Shown: in pieces, positions 24,936 to 36,990 of the stretch
Numbering within the stretch: position 1 is the stretch's first letter
How the letters are laid out: each line of letters opens with the position of its first letter
Assembly: GCF_001194135.2 (NCBI RefSeq)
Contig: NC_068983.1
Coordinates: 3,758,964 to 3,822,963, forward strand
DNA length: 64,000 nt
From: Octopus bimaculoides
Taxonomy: Eukaryota
Direction of reading: 5' to 3'
Notes under the pieces: model-generated
Seen by the model: only the letters and a program-made list of their open reading frames with translations
Database searches by the model: none
What the model was told of the DNA's origin: nothing
Position numbers and translations under genes: made by a program

Positions 24936-25389
24936 CAAATTCTGCCAAGGTTGACTTTGCTGTTTCATCTTTTCAGGGTCAGTAAATTAAGTACCAGTAG
25001 CGTACTGGAGTTGATCTAGTTGACTGGCCTCCTCCCCGCAAATTTCGGGCCTTGTACCTAGAGTAGAAAAGTATACAGACATTAAGGTGTTGAGCCTTTG
25101 GGTCCCTAGCGCTGGCTGGTGTATAAGTGATCAAGATCACACCACACCCACTGAATGGGAGGCTGGTCCATCACTAAATCAATCATTTTCAGTCGAGGGG
25201 ACTGGAGCAAGGAGAAATGAAGTGTTTTGCCAAAGAACAACACACTGATGCGTCTGAGAATGGAAACCACAACCATGTGACTATGAGTGCCACACCGTAA
25301 CCACTAGGCCACGCCCATATATTTAGATTATATACATATGAACACACCCAGACCCTGACACACACAAACTGCAGTACTTTATCTCTTAC

Positions 25390-25463
25390 CTCTGTCGGTT
25401 TGTCAAATAATCCCTGCCCGGATCTACTGCCAATTCCTGTCGGACCCATTGCTGTAATTTTAT
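25390..25463 (-). CDS. FANCA: FANCA exon w (74 nt, 0-2)
   Basis: ccaaag|...|gtaaga; IKLQQWVRQELAVDPGRDYLTNRQ. Confidence 0.9.
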
Positions 25464-26329
25464 CTTTGGACACAAAGAGATAAAAAGCAAGATGCAAATT
25501 TTAAAGGATTTAATAATCAGAAGAATTAACAAGAATTCAAGAGGGAAAAGACAAACAGAAAGAATTATGGAATATAGTCCTAAATTAAGAATGGGATTCT
25601 CTGCTAAAAATGGTTGACCAGAAAATTCCTTATTCTATAACTCTTATGATACAAACCTGACTGAATTAGCTTTTGTTCTATGATACCAATTCCTTAATTA
25701 TAACCTTGCATCAAAATTTTATAATCAATTCATATTCTAAATACTAGCTTAATAACAAAGAAAAATTACTATTAATATAAATTTAATGCAGGAGGTATTA
25801 GTTTTGGCATGGGTTGGATGGTTTGACTGAGGGCTGGCGAGCCAGATGGCTGCACCAGGCTCCAATCCGATCTGGCAATGTTTCTACAGCTGGATGCCCT
25901 TCCTAACGCCAACCACTCTGAGAGTGTAGTAGGTGCTTTTTACATGCCATCGGCACAGGAGCCAGTCAGGCAGCACTGGCATTGACCATGCTCAAATGGT
26001 GGTTTTTATGTGCCACCAGCACGGGATCAGTCAGCCGGCACTGGCATCGACCATGCTCGAATGGTGCTTTTTACGTGCCACCGGTACAGGAGCCAGTCAG
26101 GCGGCACGTGGTATTTAATTATTTAATTACGTTGTACTTCCATCACCTTATACTCCTTTTTGTTTGTGAAACATTTTGAACAGAAACCCTTCTTGTATAA
26201 CAGAACATCTTTTCTGTTCCCCTATGTCACACCCCAACCCTCAGAGACCCTACATCATCTTCCCATCGCTTTGCCCAACCCTGTGTGTACTGTGTTGTCA
26301 AAAGAACAATATGAAATGAAAGGCATTAC

Positions 26330-26455
26330 CTGATGGCAGTTCTTCATGGTGGTAAAAGCTTCAGATTGATACAGAACCACTTCCTCATTGGGAATCTCGC
26401 TTGGGCAGACATTGAAACGCAAGCATGGGTATTTCCGTTCACATAGGTAAGTAAA
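26330..26455 (-). CDS. FANCA: FANCA exon v (126 nt, 0-0)
   Basis: gtctag|...|gtaatg; FTYLCERKYPCLRFNVCPSEIPNEEVVLYQSEAFTTMKNCHQ. Confidence 0.75.
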
Positions 26456-27784
26456 CTAGACAAGAATTGAAGACAAGAATTATTAACAAGCTTATACATA
26501 TGTATGTGTATATATATATATATATATATGAATGAGAAAAAGAAGAAAATGGAGAAATTGACAAAGACATCAATTTATTTAAAGATATTCAAATCAACAT
26601 GAAATTCTTATCCCTATTTCCATAGCCAATTAATTAAAGAAATTAAATTAAAGGATTATAGGTCCTTGGCATAATTAAATTTAGATACATATATGTATTT
26701 CCTTTGTCTTTGATCAATGATGTTTGCTTGTCATTTAAGTTAAAATTTAATCTTTAATTGTTTCTCTCCTGTTAACGATGTTGCTCTCGTGACCCCATAT
26801 GCTTAAGATATAAGCTTGGCTTACACTTCCAGCAAGCATATTGCCCCTTGCCCGCTCCTCCTATGGCCACTTAGGATATAAAAAAGCCCTCAAACTTCGT
26901 TCTCCCCCTATCATATCTATTCGCTGGTTGTTAAGAGACACAGGTTGGAATGCTCAGATAAGTTGAAATCGTGCTTTTGGCCTCATCATCCTTATTAATT
27001 TAATTTAAATTAGTTTGATCTAACTTATTTTATCCTAATCTCATTTAATTTTACTTGATTTGATTTAACAATTTAAATTTAATTTCATGCTTGTTTCATA
27101 TCCTCCCCTCAGTCAACATCTTCATTAATGCTTAGAACATCATCATCATTGTTTAACGTCCATTTTCCATGCTGGCATGGGTTGGATGGTTTGATTGAGG
27201 TCTGGAGAGCCAGCAGCTGCATCGAGCTCCAATTTGATTTGACAAGGTTTCTACAGCTGGATGCCCTGCCTAACGCCAACCACTTCGAGAGTGTAGTGGG
27301 TGCTTTTTACATGTAACTGGCACAGGAGCCAGTCAGGCGGGCGTGGCATCGGCCACGTTCGGTTGATGCTTTTTACGTGCCACTGGTATGGAGGCCAGTC
27401 AGGGGGTACTAGCATTGGACCACTGGTACAAGAGCCAGTCAGGGGGTTCTCATTAATAATATTTAAAATTTAATTTTCGCTTGCCGTGTATTTCTGTTTG
27501 TCTCCAATCAAATGATGTTTGCTTATGCGTGACGCAGCCACCTTTCCCCACCCCCACCCCCTATACTGAAAATATCTCTTCTGTACTGGGATCTCTCACA
27601 ACACTTCCATCCCTACCCACCTCTCTTCGCCGTTATGTCACCCAGTTGCTGGGACACAAAGTTGAGCGTGACTATGCTGTTCTTACTTCTCTCGTTTACT
27701 GCTTAGTTATCTAATTAATTAGTCACTCACTATACATAACGGATTAACTACCCTTATCCTGTTTATTTACCTAACTTATTTACC

Positions 27785-28275
27785 TCATCATTATCATTGC
27801 TTTATATCCATCTTCCATGCTGGCATGGATTCGGTGGTTTGACAGGAGCCGGCCAGGTAGAAGCCTGTGCCAGACTTCTTTGTCTGTTTTGGCAGGATTT
27901 TTACAGCTGGATGCCCTTCCAAACACCAACCACTCAACAGAGTGGACAGAGTGCTTTTTACGTGGCACAAGCACAGGCGAGGTCAAGTTTGGCATGGTTT
28001 TTTTTTACAGCTGGATGCCCTTCCTAACACCAACCACTTTAGAGTGTGAATTGGGTGTTTTTTAAGTGGCACCTGCACCGACAAGGTCACCAAGTACCTT
28101 GCAAAACAAACCAAAAAATCTTTTGAGAAGGGGTGGAGCATTGGAGGAGGTGATCTTGTGTCAGATGATGAAAGGTTATAGTGAGGCAGAGAGACAGAAA
28201 CAGGTGTCTTGTAGAGGATGTACAAGGTTAACCGGTCGGGGAGATCAAGAATGAAAACAGGAACAGGTGTAATTT
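27785..28275 (-). mobile_element. RTE-tail subfamily with a different upstream body and duplicated core
   Basis: Two successive copies of the core gtggttggtgtt(a/t)ggaagggcatccagctgtaaaa; pyrimidine-rich upstream body resembling segments near 300-460, 46020-46250, 48480-48800 and 55620-55880. Confidence 0.6.
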
Positions 28276-28519
28276 GTATTTCCATGGCACCTGCCACTAA
28301 AAGTGATAATAATAACTAACCAGCTAACCCAAGTCAACTTATATACATATGTTTACTGGTATCTGTGCTAATGCTGGTACAGCACTCATGTCCAACAGAG
28401 GTAGCAAGTGTAACATGAACAATGGTGGCTTAAATACGAGGACAACTGCCATGTCACGTCTGTCGGCAAATGCTTGTTATGGCCTTCTTTTCAGATACTG
28501 ATAACTGCAGTACCTCCTC

Positions 28520-28690
28520 CCCATGTTACCTCTTGTCTCCCCACACATTCTCTCAGAGTTGGCACTGTTGGTGTAGGTAGATTGAAAGGTAGGTCAGGTG
28601 AGATTGTGGAGATGTTTGAAAGGAGACATGTCGGTGTGTTCTACATCCAAGAAGTTTGGTGGACGGGAGCTTCAGCCATGTTCCTCACTA
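28520..28690 (+). mobile_element. RTE LINE endonuclease N-terminus relic
   Basis: LRVGTVGVGRLKGRSGEIVEMFERRHVGVFYIQEVWW (APE-type motif I/II). Confidence 0.8.
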
Positions 28691-28797
28691 AGTTATTCTA
28701 CTAAATACTTTGTTATACTTAACATAATCGAAAGAACCACAGAGCATCTCAACAGAAATACAGTAACGAAAGGGTTAAATTAGAAACTTCAGCAAAC

Positions 28798-28885
28798 CTT
28801 TGTTGTTAACGAGGTTGGTATCAGAGACATTTTATTGACATCGCTTGTGGCATAAAAGAAGGTTTTTAGAAAAACTGTGGATATT
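28798..28885 (-). CDS. FANCA: FANCA exon u (88 nt, 2-0)
   Basis: ttgcag|...|gtttgc; ISTVFLKTFFYATSDVNKMSLIPTSLTTK. Confidence 0.8.
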
Positions 28886-28965
28886 CTGCAAAAAAGAACA
28901 AAGAAACAATTTTCATTTGTGAAAAACTCAGTTTAAAGACAAGTTTCAAATTCCCTCATGACTCC

Positions 28966-29328
28966 TTGAGGAAAATTGAAACTATCATACGTAACGATAG
29001 GAATGGGATTTTCCCACTCTATAGGAGCAAGTCATGGAATACCATTGAAAGGACTAAGAAAATAGGGAATGCCAACTCATGGTGTGATAGCCACAAATAC
29101 CAGAGTGTCATGGTTGTTGACACCACCCCTAGAGGTGAACTGGCGTACCATTTTAGAAGGGCCCTAGATAAGCTTAAGCTAAGAATTAAGGTTGTAGAAA
29201 GACTAGGTAACCCTATCAAATCCTTAATCAGTAGAACCTATCCTTTTAATAGAACCTCCTGTACTGATAGGAACTGTATTGTATGTAGATTTAGCCCACA
29301 ATCAAACTGTAAAGATAGGAATGTAGTC
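28966..29328 (+). mobile_element. Penelope-like element relic (RT-to-GIY-YIG linker with Cys cluster)
   Basis: RNDRNGIFPLYRSKSW...YQSVMVVDTTPRGELA...KIKVVER-type IKVVERLGNPIKSLISRTYPF...CTDRNCIVC...NCKDRNVV; cut off just before the expected GIY-YIG motif by an RTE insertion. Confidence 0.75.
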
Positions 29329-29566
29329 TGCTTTTTACATGCCACTGGCACAGGAGTCAGTCAGATGGGCTTGGCATTGGCCACATTCAGTTGGTGTTTT
29401 TTACATGCCACCAGCACGGGGTACCAGTCAGGGGGTACTGGCACTGACCACGTTCAGATGGTGCTTTTTACATGCCACTGGCACGGAAGCCAGTCGACTG
29501 CAGTAAATAAAACAAAAACAAAAACAAAAAACAAAGATCAGTAGGAAATAGATTGTATCTACTTAC

Positions 29567-29760
29567 CGCAAGAGGAATTTGGCTTGTTGACATGTTGAAC
29601 AAGGCAGAACGGTCCAGAGTAAGTCTGTGAATTTGCCAATAGTTTTACCAAGAACTGGACAATTAAGAATCTGAACTTGGGGTAAACGGTCATGGCAGAG
29701 CGTAAGATGGCAGAGGATAGCACCAAGTCCTAGGATTTGCTCAGCTGACATCAAATTCCA
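29567..29760 (-). CDS. FANCA: FANCA exon t (194 nt, 0-2)
   Basis: tcacag|...|gtaagt; WNLMSAEQILGLGAILCHLTLCHDRLPQVQILNCPVLGKTIGKFTDLLWTVLPCSTCQQAKFLL. Confidence 0.9.
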
Positions 29761-29949
29761 CTGTGAAAAGAAGAAAACAGAAATACTACTACTACAACTA
29801 ATTCAACACCATCATCACCACTGCCACTGCCACCTACCTGCCATTTATCACCTCTTCTTCCTCCTCCTTTGTTGTCATCATGAATCGTATGTTTTTGCGG
29901 TGCACTGATGTCACTACAACAAGTCTCTCTGATTAAGCGCAAGATTTCC

Positions 29950-30190
29950 CATTGGATAAAACCATAGCATTACTTCATTCTGACCATCTCATCGTGTTTT
30001 CTTGGCCAAGGTATTGGGGCGATTTGCCATTGCCTTTCCCGAGTGGATGGTCATTGGGCCACAAGGAGCTCAACCGTCCTTCAATAGGCTTTGCTTTTAG
30101 TCCTACTGGTGTCCAGACACTCCCCTCACAAGAGTAGCTTGCTCAAGTGGGGGAGCTGTTTTTGCCGCTGACCACACGTCCACGGAACAA
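29950..30190 (-). mobile_element. RTE/BovB-type 5' UTR fragment with HDV-like fold
   Basis: GGAAAGGCAATGGCAAATCGCCCCAATACCTTGGCCAAGAAAAC resembles the BovA/RTE 5' UTR motif GGAGAAGGAAATGGCAACCCACTCCAGTATTCTTGCC (recalled). Confidence 0.55.
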
Positions 30191-30374
30191 GTAGAATGGG
30201 TTTACAGTTGGGGGTAGGAGGGATTAGTCGACACCATCAACCCCCAGTATATGACTGGTACTTTATCAACCAAAGAAGGGAAAATAATAATGCTGACTCT
30301 GGTGGGATTTTAGCTCAGAACATAAAGAGCCAGGAAAAACAGAGCAAGTCGTTTCGTGTAACACTGTCAGTTCT

Positions 30375-30517
30375 TATTATAGGTCACTGCTGGGAATCAA
30401 ACTCGGAATCTTGGGGTTAGTAGCCCGTGCTCTTAACCAGTACACCACATGCCCTTGGGCTTTTATTATTATCATTATTATTATTATTATTATTCCAAGT
30501 TCAATTCCCAGCAGTAA

Positions 30518-30553
<36 letters not shown>

Positions 30554-30590
30554 TGATGATGATGATGATGATGATAACATTGAAAAATTG
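30375..30590. mobile_element. Head-to-head family-3 relic
   Basis: Minus-strand tRNA head at 30375-30454, junction gccc-t-tgggc, then plus-strand B-box remainder ccaagttcaattcccagcagtaacctgaataat...aacattgaaaaat. Confidence 0.7.
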
Positions 30591-30672
30591 TCAGTTCTGT
30601 TGATTCAATGGACAAGAACAACGACAACAAGATAAAAAGGAAGAGAAAAAGGGTTAATGATGGTGTTGTTAC

Positions 30673-30837
30673 CTGAAGAACTGTCCATCGCCAGAGACAT
30701 TGGAATATTGCTGGAAGAAGTGGAAAGTTTGCTGCAAGAACATCAAATAGTTGACATAACCAGGAACTGTCATAATCAACAGAGTAGTTTGATAGCAGCA
30801 GAGCCTTTGATGTAGAGTTCAGAATGGCATTAGCTAC
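30673..30837 (-). CDS. FANCA: FANCA exon s (165 nt, 0-0)
   Basis: ttccag|...|gtaaca; VANAILNSTSKALLLSNYSVDYDSSWLCQLFDVLAANFPLLPAIFQCLWRWTVLQ. Confidence 0.88.
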
Positions 30838-32482
30838 CTGGAAATATATAAGCATATATTAATTGAGCTAAGGGAAATAACTCAAATGGGCTAATGACAT
30901 GTATTGAGATAATAAGAAAGTATGTATGGATGTACTAGATGATGATCATCATCATCATCATCATCATTATCATCGTTTAATGTCCGTTTTCCATGCCGGC
31001 ATGGATTGGACAGTTTGACTGAGGTCTGACGAGCCAGAAAGCTGCACCAGGCTCCAATCTGATTTGGCAATGTTTCTACAATGGATGCCTTTCCTCATGC
31101 TAACCACTCTGAGAGTGTAGTGGATGCTTTTTACGTTCCACCAGCACAGGAGCCAGTCAGGGGGTACTAGCAACGACCAGATTCAGATGGTGCTTTTTAC
31201 GTGCCACCGGCACAATTGCCAGTCAGGTGGTACTGGCATAGACTACATTCACAAGGTGCTTTTTACATGCCACCAGAACAGGAGCCAGTCAGGGAGCACT
31301 GGCTCATCAACAAGTGCTGTTGAATGACTGTAGTTAAGAAGTATGCTTCTGGAGCAAGTGGTTCTAGGTAGGTGTCTTCTACTATAACCCCAGGCTCACC
31401 GAAGCCTGTGAGTGGATCTGGTAGAAGGAAACTGAAAGAAGCCTGTTGAGAGTGCGTTTGTCTATGAATAAGAAATCATATAAATGACAAGGGAGCAACA
31501 AGTTATGAAATGATCTTCATTAGCTTACAGCTGTTTCTTCTATAAAATGCAACACACTTTTCTACTCTAGGCATATGGCCCCAAATTTTTGGAGAGGGGG
31601 TGGGAGAAGTCAGTTAGATCGACCCCAGTATGCAACTGGTACTTAATTTATTGACCCTGAAAGGAAGAAAGGCTAAGTCGACCTTGGCGGAATTTGAACT
31701 CAGAACGTAAAGACAGACGAAATACTACTTAGCATTTCGTCTGGCATGCTAACGTTTCTGCCAGCTTGCAGCCTTATGCAACACACTTATAGTTGAGCAC
31801 ATTGCATTTGATAGCAGAAACAACTGTAAGCTAATGGATCTCTTTACACAATTGCTTTTTCCCTTGTCATTTATAGAATCTCTTATCATGCTCTGTACTT
31901 GACTTATGGTTTATACTGAGTTCTAGCACCTGTACCAGTGGCACATAAAAAGCACCATTCAAGCGTGGTTGATGTTAGTGCCACCTGACTGGCCACTGTT
32001 CCAGCGGCATGTAAAATGCACCATTCGAGTGTGGTCAATGCCAATGCCGCTTGACTGGTCCCCATGCCAGTGGTATGTAGAAAGCATCCACTACACTCTT
32101 GGAGTGGTTGGTATTAGGAAGGGCATCCAGCTGTAGAAAACACTGCCAGATCAGATTGGAGCCTGATGAGGCCACCTGGCTTGCCAGTTCTGTCAAACTG
32201 TCCAACCCATGCCAGCATGGAAAGCAAACATTAAATGATGATGATAAGATCAGGGGCAGAAATTGGAATTTATGAAATTCTTTATTCAAATCCACTGCAA
32301 TTATTCCAACTCATTCTGCAGCTGTACCTCACAGGGGAGATGTTGTACAATCATTTTGCATCACTAGATGTGCTCTACACAGCATCCTACAAAGATCAAA
32401 GGACACCATAAAGCCATACTCATTACAACCGATGAAGGTGCATAGAATAAACTGATTTGGCTGGAATGCAGCAGATTCTTAC

Positions 32483-32616
32483 CTGTACATGCTTATTCTC
32501 CAAAGATGGTTTCACAACATCAAGCGTCATCAGCCATTTGTTCTCAGTCAGCAACAGTTCACTCTGGGGTTCGTCTAACAGATTTTTCAAAGATTCCGAA
32601 ATAAGAGAAATGGTTT
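32483..32616 (-). CDS. FANCA: FANCA exon r (134 nt, 1-0)
   Basis: tttcag|...|gtaaga; TISLISESLKNLLDEPQSELLLTENKWLMTLDVVKPSLENKHVQ. Confidence 0.85.
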
Positions 32617-32729
32617 CTGAAACTAACCGAAAGAAATGAACAAGCAGACTGTGAGAAAATGTGTCATTAACTGAAGCATAACGAACAGAACGATCAACAG
32701 ATGGACATATAAACACAAATACCAGTGAC

Positions 32730-32940
32730 ATACACACCTGTGCCTCCACACCAACACACGTTCCTCACAGATGCATGCCTGTGTCACCACACCTGTGCCC
32801 CTACATATGCACACCTGAGCCCCCACATCTACACATGTGTCCCCACACATACACACCTGAGCCCCCACACATACACACCTGTACCCCCACACCTACACGC
32901 CTCTTCTCCCACACTTGCACACCTACACACCTGTGCCTAC
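32730..32940. repeat. CA-rich minisatellite, about 20-bp unit
   Basis: Repeated acacacctg(t/a)gcccccacat. Confidence 0.75.
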
Positions 32941-33496
32941 ATTTCATACTTCACCCCCAGTAAGTACTGACTGCTACACATGGAAGCTTAAACTGCATAA
33001 CAAATGGCAGACTGTTGACTTTTAGTCACATTCCACTTACTGTTTTCAAAGTTACCTGGGTTAAAGGCAGTGAGATGGCAGAACAACAACCTATTGCAGA
33101 GAACATCTTTCAGGTGATCAGATAAAAAGAAATAAAGGATAAAACCTGGTCTTGTGATTTAGGAACAGTAGCATTTAAATGTCAGAGTTCCCACCATTCT
33201 ACATATTCTCAGAAAGCTTGTTCAGAAGTGAAAGTAGTCAACATGGCTATAAAAGGACACAGTATTAAATATTTTACCATAAGGGCTCTTTCACAATTAT
33301 ACCGTAATCCATGCTGGTGCCATGTGAACAGCAGTCAGTGGTAGAAACTGTGCCAAAACATGACTGGCGCCTTGTGCAGCCCTTTGGCTAGCCAGCTCCT
33401 GTCAAACTGTCCGGCCATGGACGGTAAAAGATGACAATGATAATAGACCAAGGAACATAGTTCTAGAACATTTTTGAAAAGAAAAAAAAAATATAC

Positions 33497-33637
33497 CATT
33501 TGTCTTGAAGACATTCTTTGGCAGACTTTCTGATTGGCTGACATTTTCTTCCAATTGCAGTAAAACTGCCTCTAATTTCTCTAGAGGTAGTTTCTCTGTT
33601 GAGCTGTTGCTGTTGTCACTGGTGGCAGGAAGAGGTT
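33497..33637 (-). CDS. FANCA: FANCA exon q (141 nt, 1-1)
   Basis: attcag|...|gtatat; PLPATSDNSNSSTEKLPLEKLEAVLLQLEENVSQSESLPKNVFKTN. Confidence 0.8.
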
Positions 33638-33895
33638 CTGAATAATAGGATTAAACAGAGAGATTAGTGAGGCAGGAATAGTTGAGGTAGAAGCCGGTGG
33701 TGGTTGTGGAGGTAGTAGTGATAATAATGATAGTGGTGTGATAGTAGCTGTGGTGGTAGTAGTGGTGATGGTTGCGGTTTAGATGGGTATGATAGTGATG
33801 GCTATAAGGTTGCCTGTAGTGGAAGTGATGAGAGAGAGAGAAAGAGAGAGAGAGCTAGTAATGGTGGTGGTGTAGGGAATTAGCCTAATACTGAC

Positions 33896-33972
33896 CATTA
33901 ACAGAAGCCATCATTAATTGTTGACAGGCAGCAATATAATTTTGGTAATGGCTTCCAGGCAGCTTCCCGGAT
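33896..33972 (-). CDS. FANCA: FANCA exon p (77 nt, 2-1)
   Basis: ctttag|...|gtcagt; SGKLPGSHYQNYIAACQQLMMASVN. Confidence 0.88.
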
Positions 33973-35265
33973 CTAAAGATAAAGAGAGAGAATCATTGAT
34001 GACATTTATTCACTACTGATCTTTTATTCTTCCCCATTCCATGCTGGCATTGGATAGTTCCAATGTCTGCTTTGGCATGGTTTCCATGGCTGAATGCCCT
34101 TCCCAATTAATGCCAACCACTTTACAGAGCTTCTTTTATTATGGTATTTAGCCATAGAAACCTTGCCAAGGCAGGCACTGCTTCCCAACTAGATGCCACT
34201 TGTCAGACGGTTATTGATTATCAAAAACTGGTAAATTAACAAGAGTAATTAGAATTGCTAGCAGAAGCTTCCAGGTTACTTCTCTCATTTAAATATCTAC
34301 TTTATAACTGAACTGAAAAGTGAGCCTCTCCATGGTTGCCTGATACGCTAAAAATAACAGCCCACCTTCAAATCATAACCTACCATAGGAGCAAGAGTGT
34401 CTGTGTGATAAGTAGCTTGCTTACCAACCACATGGTTCTGGGTTCAGTCCCACTGCGTGGCACCTTAGGCATGTGTCTTCTACTATAGCCTCGGGCTGAC
34501 CAAAGCCTTTGAGTGGATCTGGGTAGACAGAAACTGAAAAAAGCTTGTATATATATGTGTGTGTGTGTGTGTTTGTTCACCACCATCGCTTGACAACCGA
34601 TGTTGGTGAGTTCATGTCCCCATAACTTAGCAGTTTGGCAAAAAGTGACCGATAGAATAAGTACTAGGCTTACAAGATTAGGTCCTGGGGTCGATTTGTT
34701 CAACTAAAGGCAGTGCTCCAACATGGCTGCAAAAAGAATACCATTTCTATTTAAAAAAAAAAGGGGGAAAAATTTGCGATACATTGGTTGGTGTAGTCCT
34801 AGCTATATTATGCTTGAGAGAAAAGATGAAAGAGTCATAGATGGAATGTTTGCTGAGCTATGATTAAACAATGTCTTTACAGATCCTAAGAGTCGTGGTT
34901 CTTAATCTGTGGTTTACAACTGGGGACGTTGTGAACTCACAAAGGAGCAGCAAAAGTGGAAGGATTGCAATGGAAAGTGCTGGATGTTCCATCCTTATCT
35001 TTGAAATGTCCATGTCTGACAGGACCCAAAGACTGCATTGTGCTCCACTGTCTACTTTGGCAGGATTTCTAGGGCTGCTGCATGCCCTTTCTAATACCAA
35101 CCACTTTACAATGTGTGCTGGGCACCTTTTTTTTGTGGCACTATTGAAGTGCAACAGAAATATGGTAACAAAAAGGTTAATGTGATGAGACAACATCAAT
35201 TATTTAAGAATTAGCTTAATGATTAAACACAAATTAGTACTAGTTATAATTAATAATAAACTCAC

Positions 35266-35315
35266 TCTTTTAATGCTTTAATAAACTTCATTCGAGAGTC
35301 AGCAATCTTGGGAAG
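35266..35315 (-). CDS. FANCA: FANCA exon o (50 nt, 0-2)
   Basis: tttcag|...|gtgagt; LPKIADSRMKFIKALK, similar to human LPKVPDSRVAFIESLK. Confidence 0.92.
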
Positions 35316-36506
35316 CTGAAAAGAAGGAAAAGGGCTGGAGTTTCAACTCAAAGCATTTGAGACCATGGGTTGTGGGGGTTGTGGATATAACACAACCATA
35401 CATGTAAAAATGGACAAAACCCACAAATGGCTTGTTAAAGTTATGGACAATGTGCACAAACCTGTAATGTTTCACATCAATGATTATAAGACAAAAAAAA
35501 AACAAAAGAAAACAAAGAAAAACATTGTCATTTAATATCCACTTTTCCATGCTTGCATGAGTCAGATGGAATCTGTTGAGTCAGATTTTCCATGGCTGGA
35601 TGCCTTTCCCTGTCATCAACCTTCACCTGTTTGCAAGCAAGATAATGTTTCTCAGTGTTTTGTCATGGCAGACTGGAGATGAACGACATCACTTGTGTGA
35701 TGGTGGTGCTTATTCATAAATCACCCGCTGAGAAAGAGCTGTGTAAGTTCCACATGATATTGGTTGGAAAACAGAAACATCAGATCTTATGTTCCATGCT
35801 TTGCTGATTTCTCTTAATTTGCATCAGCATCATCATCATTTAATGCCTGTCTTTCAGGCTGGTATGGGTTGGATGGTTCAACAAAGACTGCATCAAGGCT
35901 CCCAAGTCTGCTTTGGCATATTTTCTATGGCTAAATGCCCTTCCTGAAAGATATTTCAAGAAAATTTACAAGTGACAAGAAACCCTAGAGATCATGCTAA
36001 ACTAAACCAAGAGTGACACATGGTCCCCTGCCTTGTCTTGGACCATTACAATCTGTCCAGCCTAAGCTAGAATGGAAAGTGGACATAAAACGATTATAAT
36101 ATAGGGTAATCTTAATCAAAAGATTAAGAAGAGTCAATAAAATAATAATAATACAGATTAAATATATGGTTTGTTTAGTATTGAGATAAATCTGCCAAAT
36201 GTAATGCTTATCCCCATTGTTTTGAATTAATCTTGTATTATCTTGTAGCTTCAAGATTTTGATGATGTGATTGTTTGACATTGTAGGAAAGGTGTGAGAA
36301 GCTAGATCTGGCCAGTTTCAACATTAAACAGGTTGAATATGTGGGTTGGATTTGGCAGGCTTAAATGCTAAAGGGTTAAGGTCCCCCTGTTCTCACAAAC
36401 CACTTCATCTGGCTCCAACTTCACCGCCACCATCACTATCATCATCATTGCCAACACTATGATCACCATTGTCTCCACTACCAACACCACCACCCCACTC
36501 CAAACA

Positions 36507-36980
36507 CTACAGATACAGATCTATATTTAAGAGATGAGGAATTATGCACATTATTTATATTATTTACATTATTTACATTTGACGGATATTTTGTCTCCAT
36601 CTTGTTTGTTGTTAACACGTTTCGGCTGATATACTCTCCAGCCTTCATCAGGTGTCTTGGGAAAATTTCGAACCTGGGATCTCATTCCCAAGGTATTTTT
36701 CGATATTATTATTATTATTCATCATCATCATCATCATCGTTTAACGTCCGCCTTCCATGCTAGCATGGGTTGGACATTATTTATATTTGACAGATATTTG
36801 TCCTCATCTTGTTTGTCGTTAACACAATGTTTCGGCTGATATACTCTCCACCCTTCATCAGGTGTCTTGGGGAAATTTCGAACCTGGGTTCTCATTTCTA
36901 ACGTATTTTTCGATATTATTATTATTAATTACATATATTTGACAGATATTTGTCCTCATCTTGTTTGTTGTTAACACAAC
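36507..36980 (-). mobile_element. Three tandem 5'-truncated copies of the family-3 body, two with hammerhead cores
   Basis: Copies at about 36507-36715, 36775-36925 and 36927-36980; cores at 36614-36656 and 36821-36866 read GACAC CTGATGA AGG(C/G)TG gagagtatat CAGCC GAAAC (G--- / ATT) GTGTT on the minus strand. Confidence 0.8.
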
Positions 36981-36990
36981 ATATGTCGAT

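Noticed and set aside
26340-26452. Plus-strand exon ending at AG|GTAAGT (about 26446)
   Set aside because: Lies antisense to FANCA exon v, and no open frame reaches the donor with a good acceptor.
28340-28520. HDV-like ribozyme upstream of the RTE endonuclease relic
   Set aside because: GGCAAAU is present, but there is no room or pairing for P1 and P4.
28966-29544. 192-aa ORF as a host gene
   Set aside because: Chimera of a PLE relic and an antisense RTE 3' UTR insertion.
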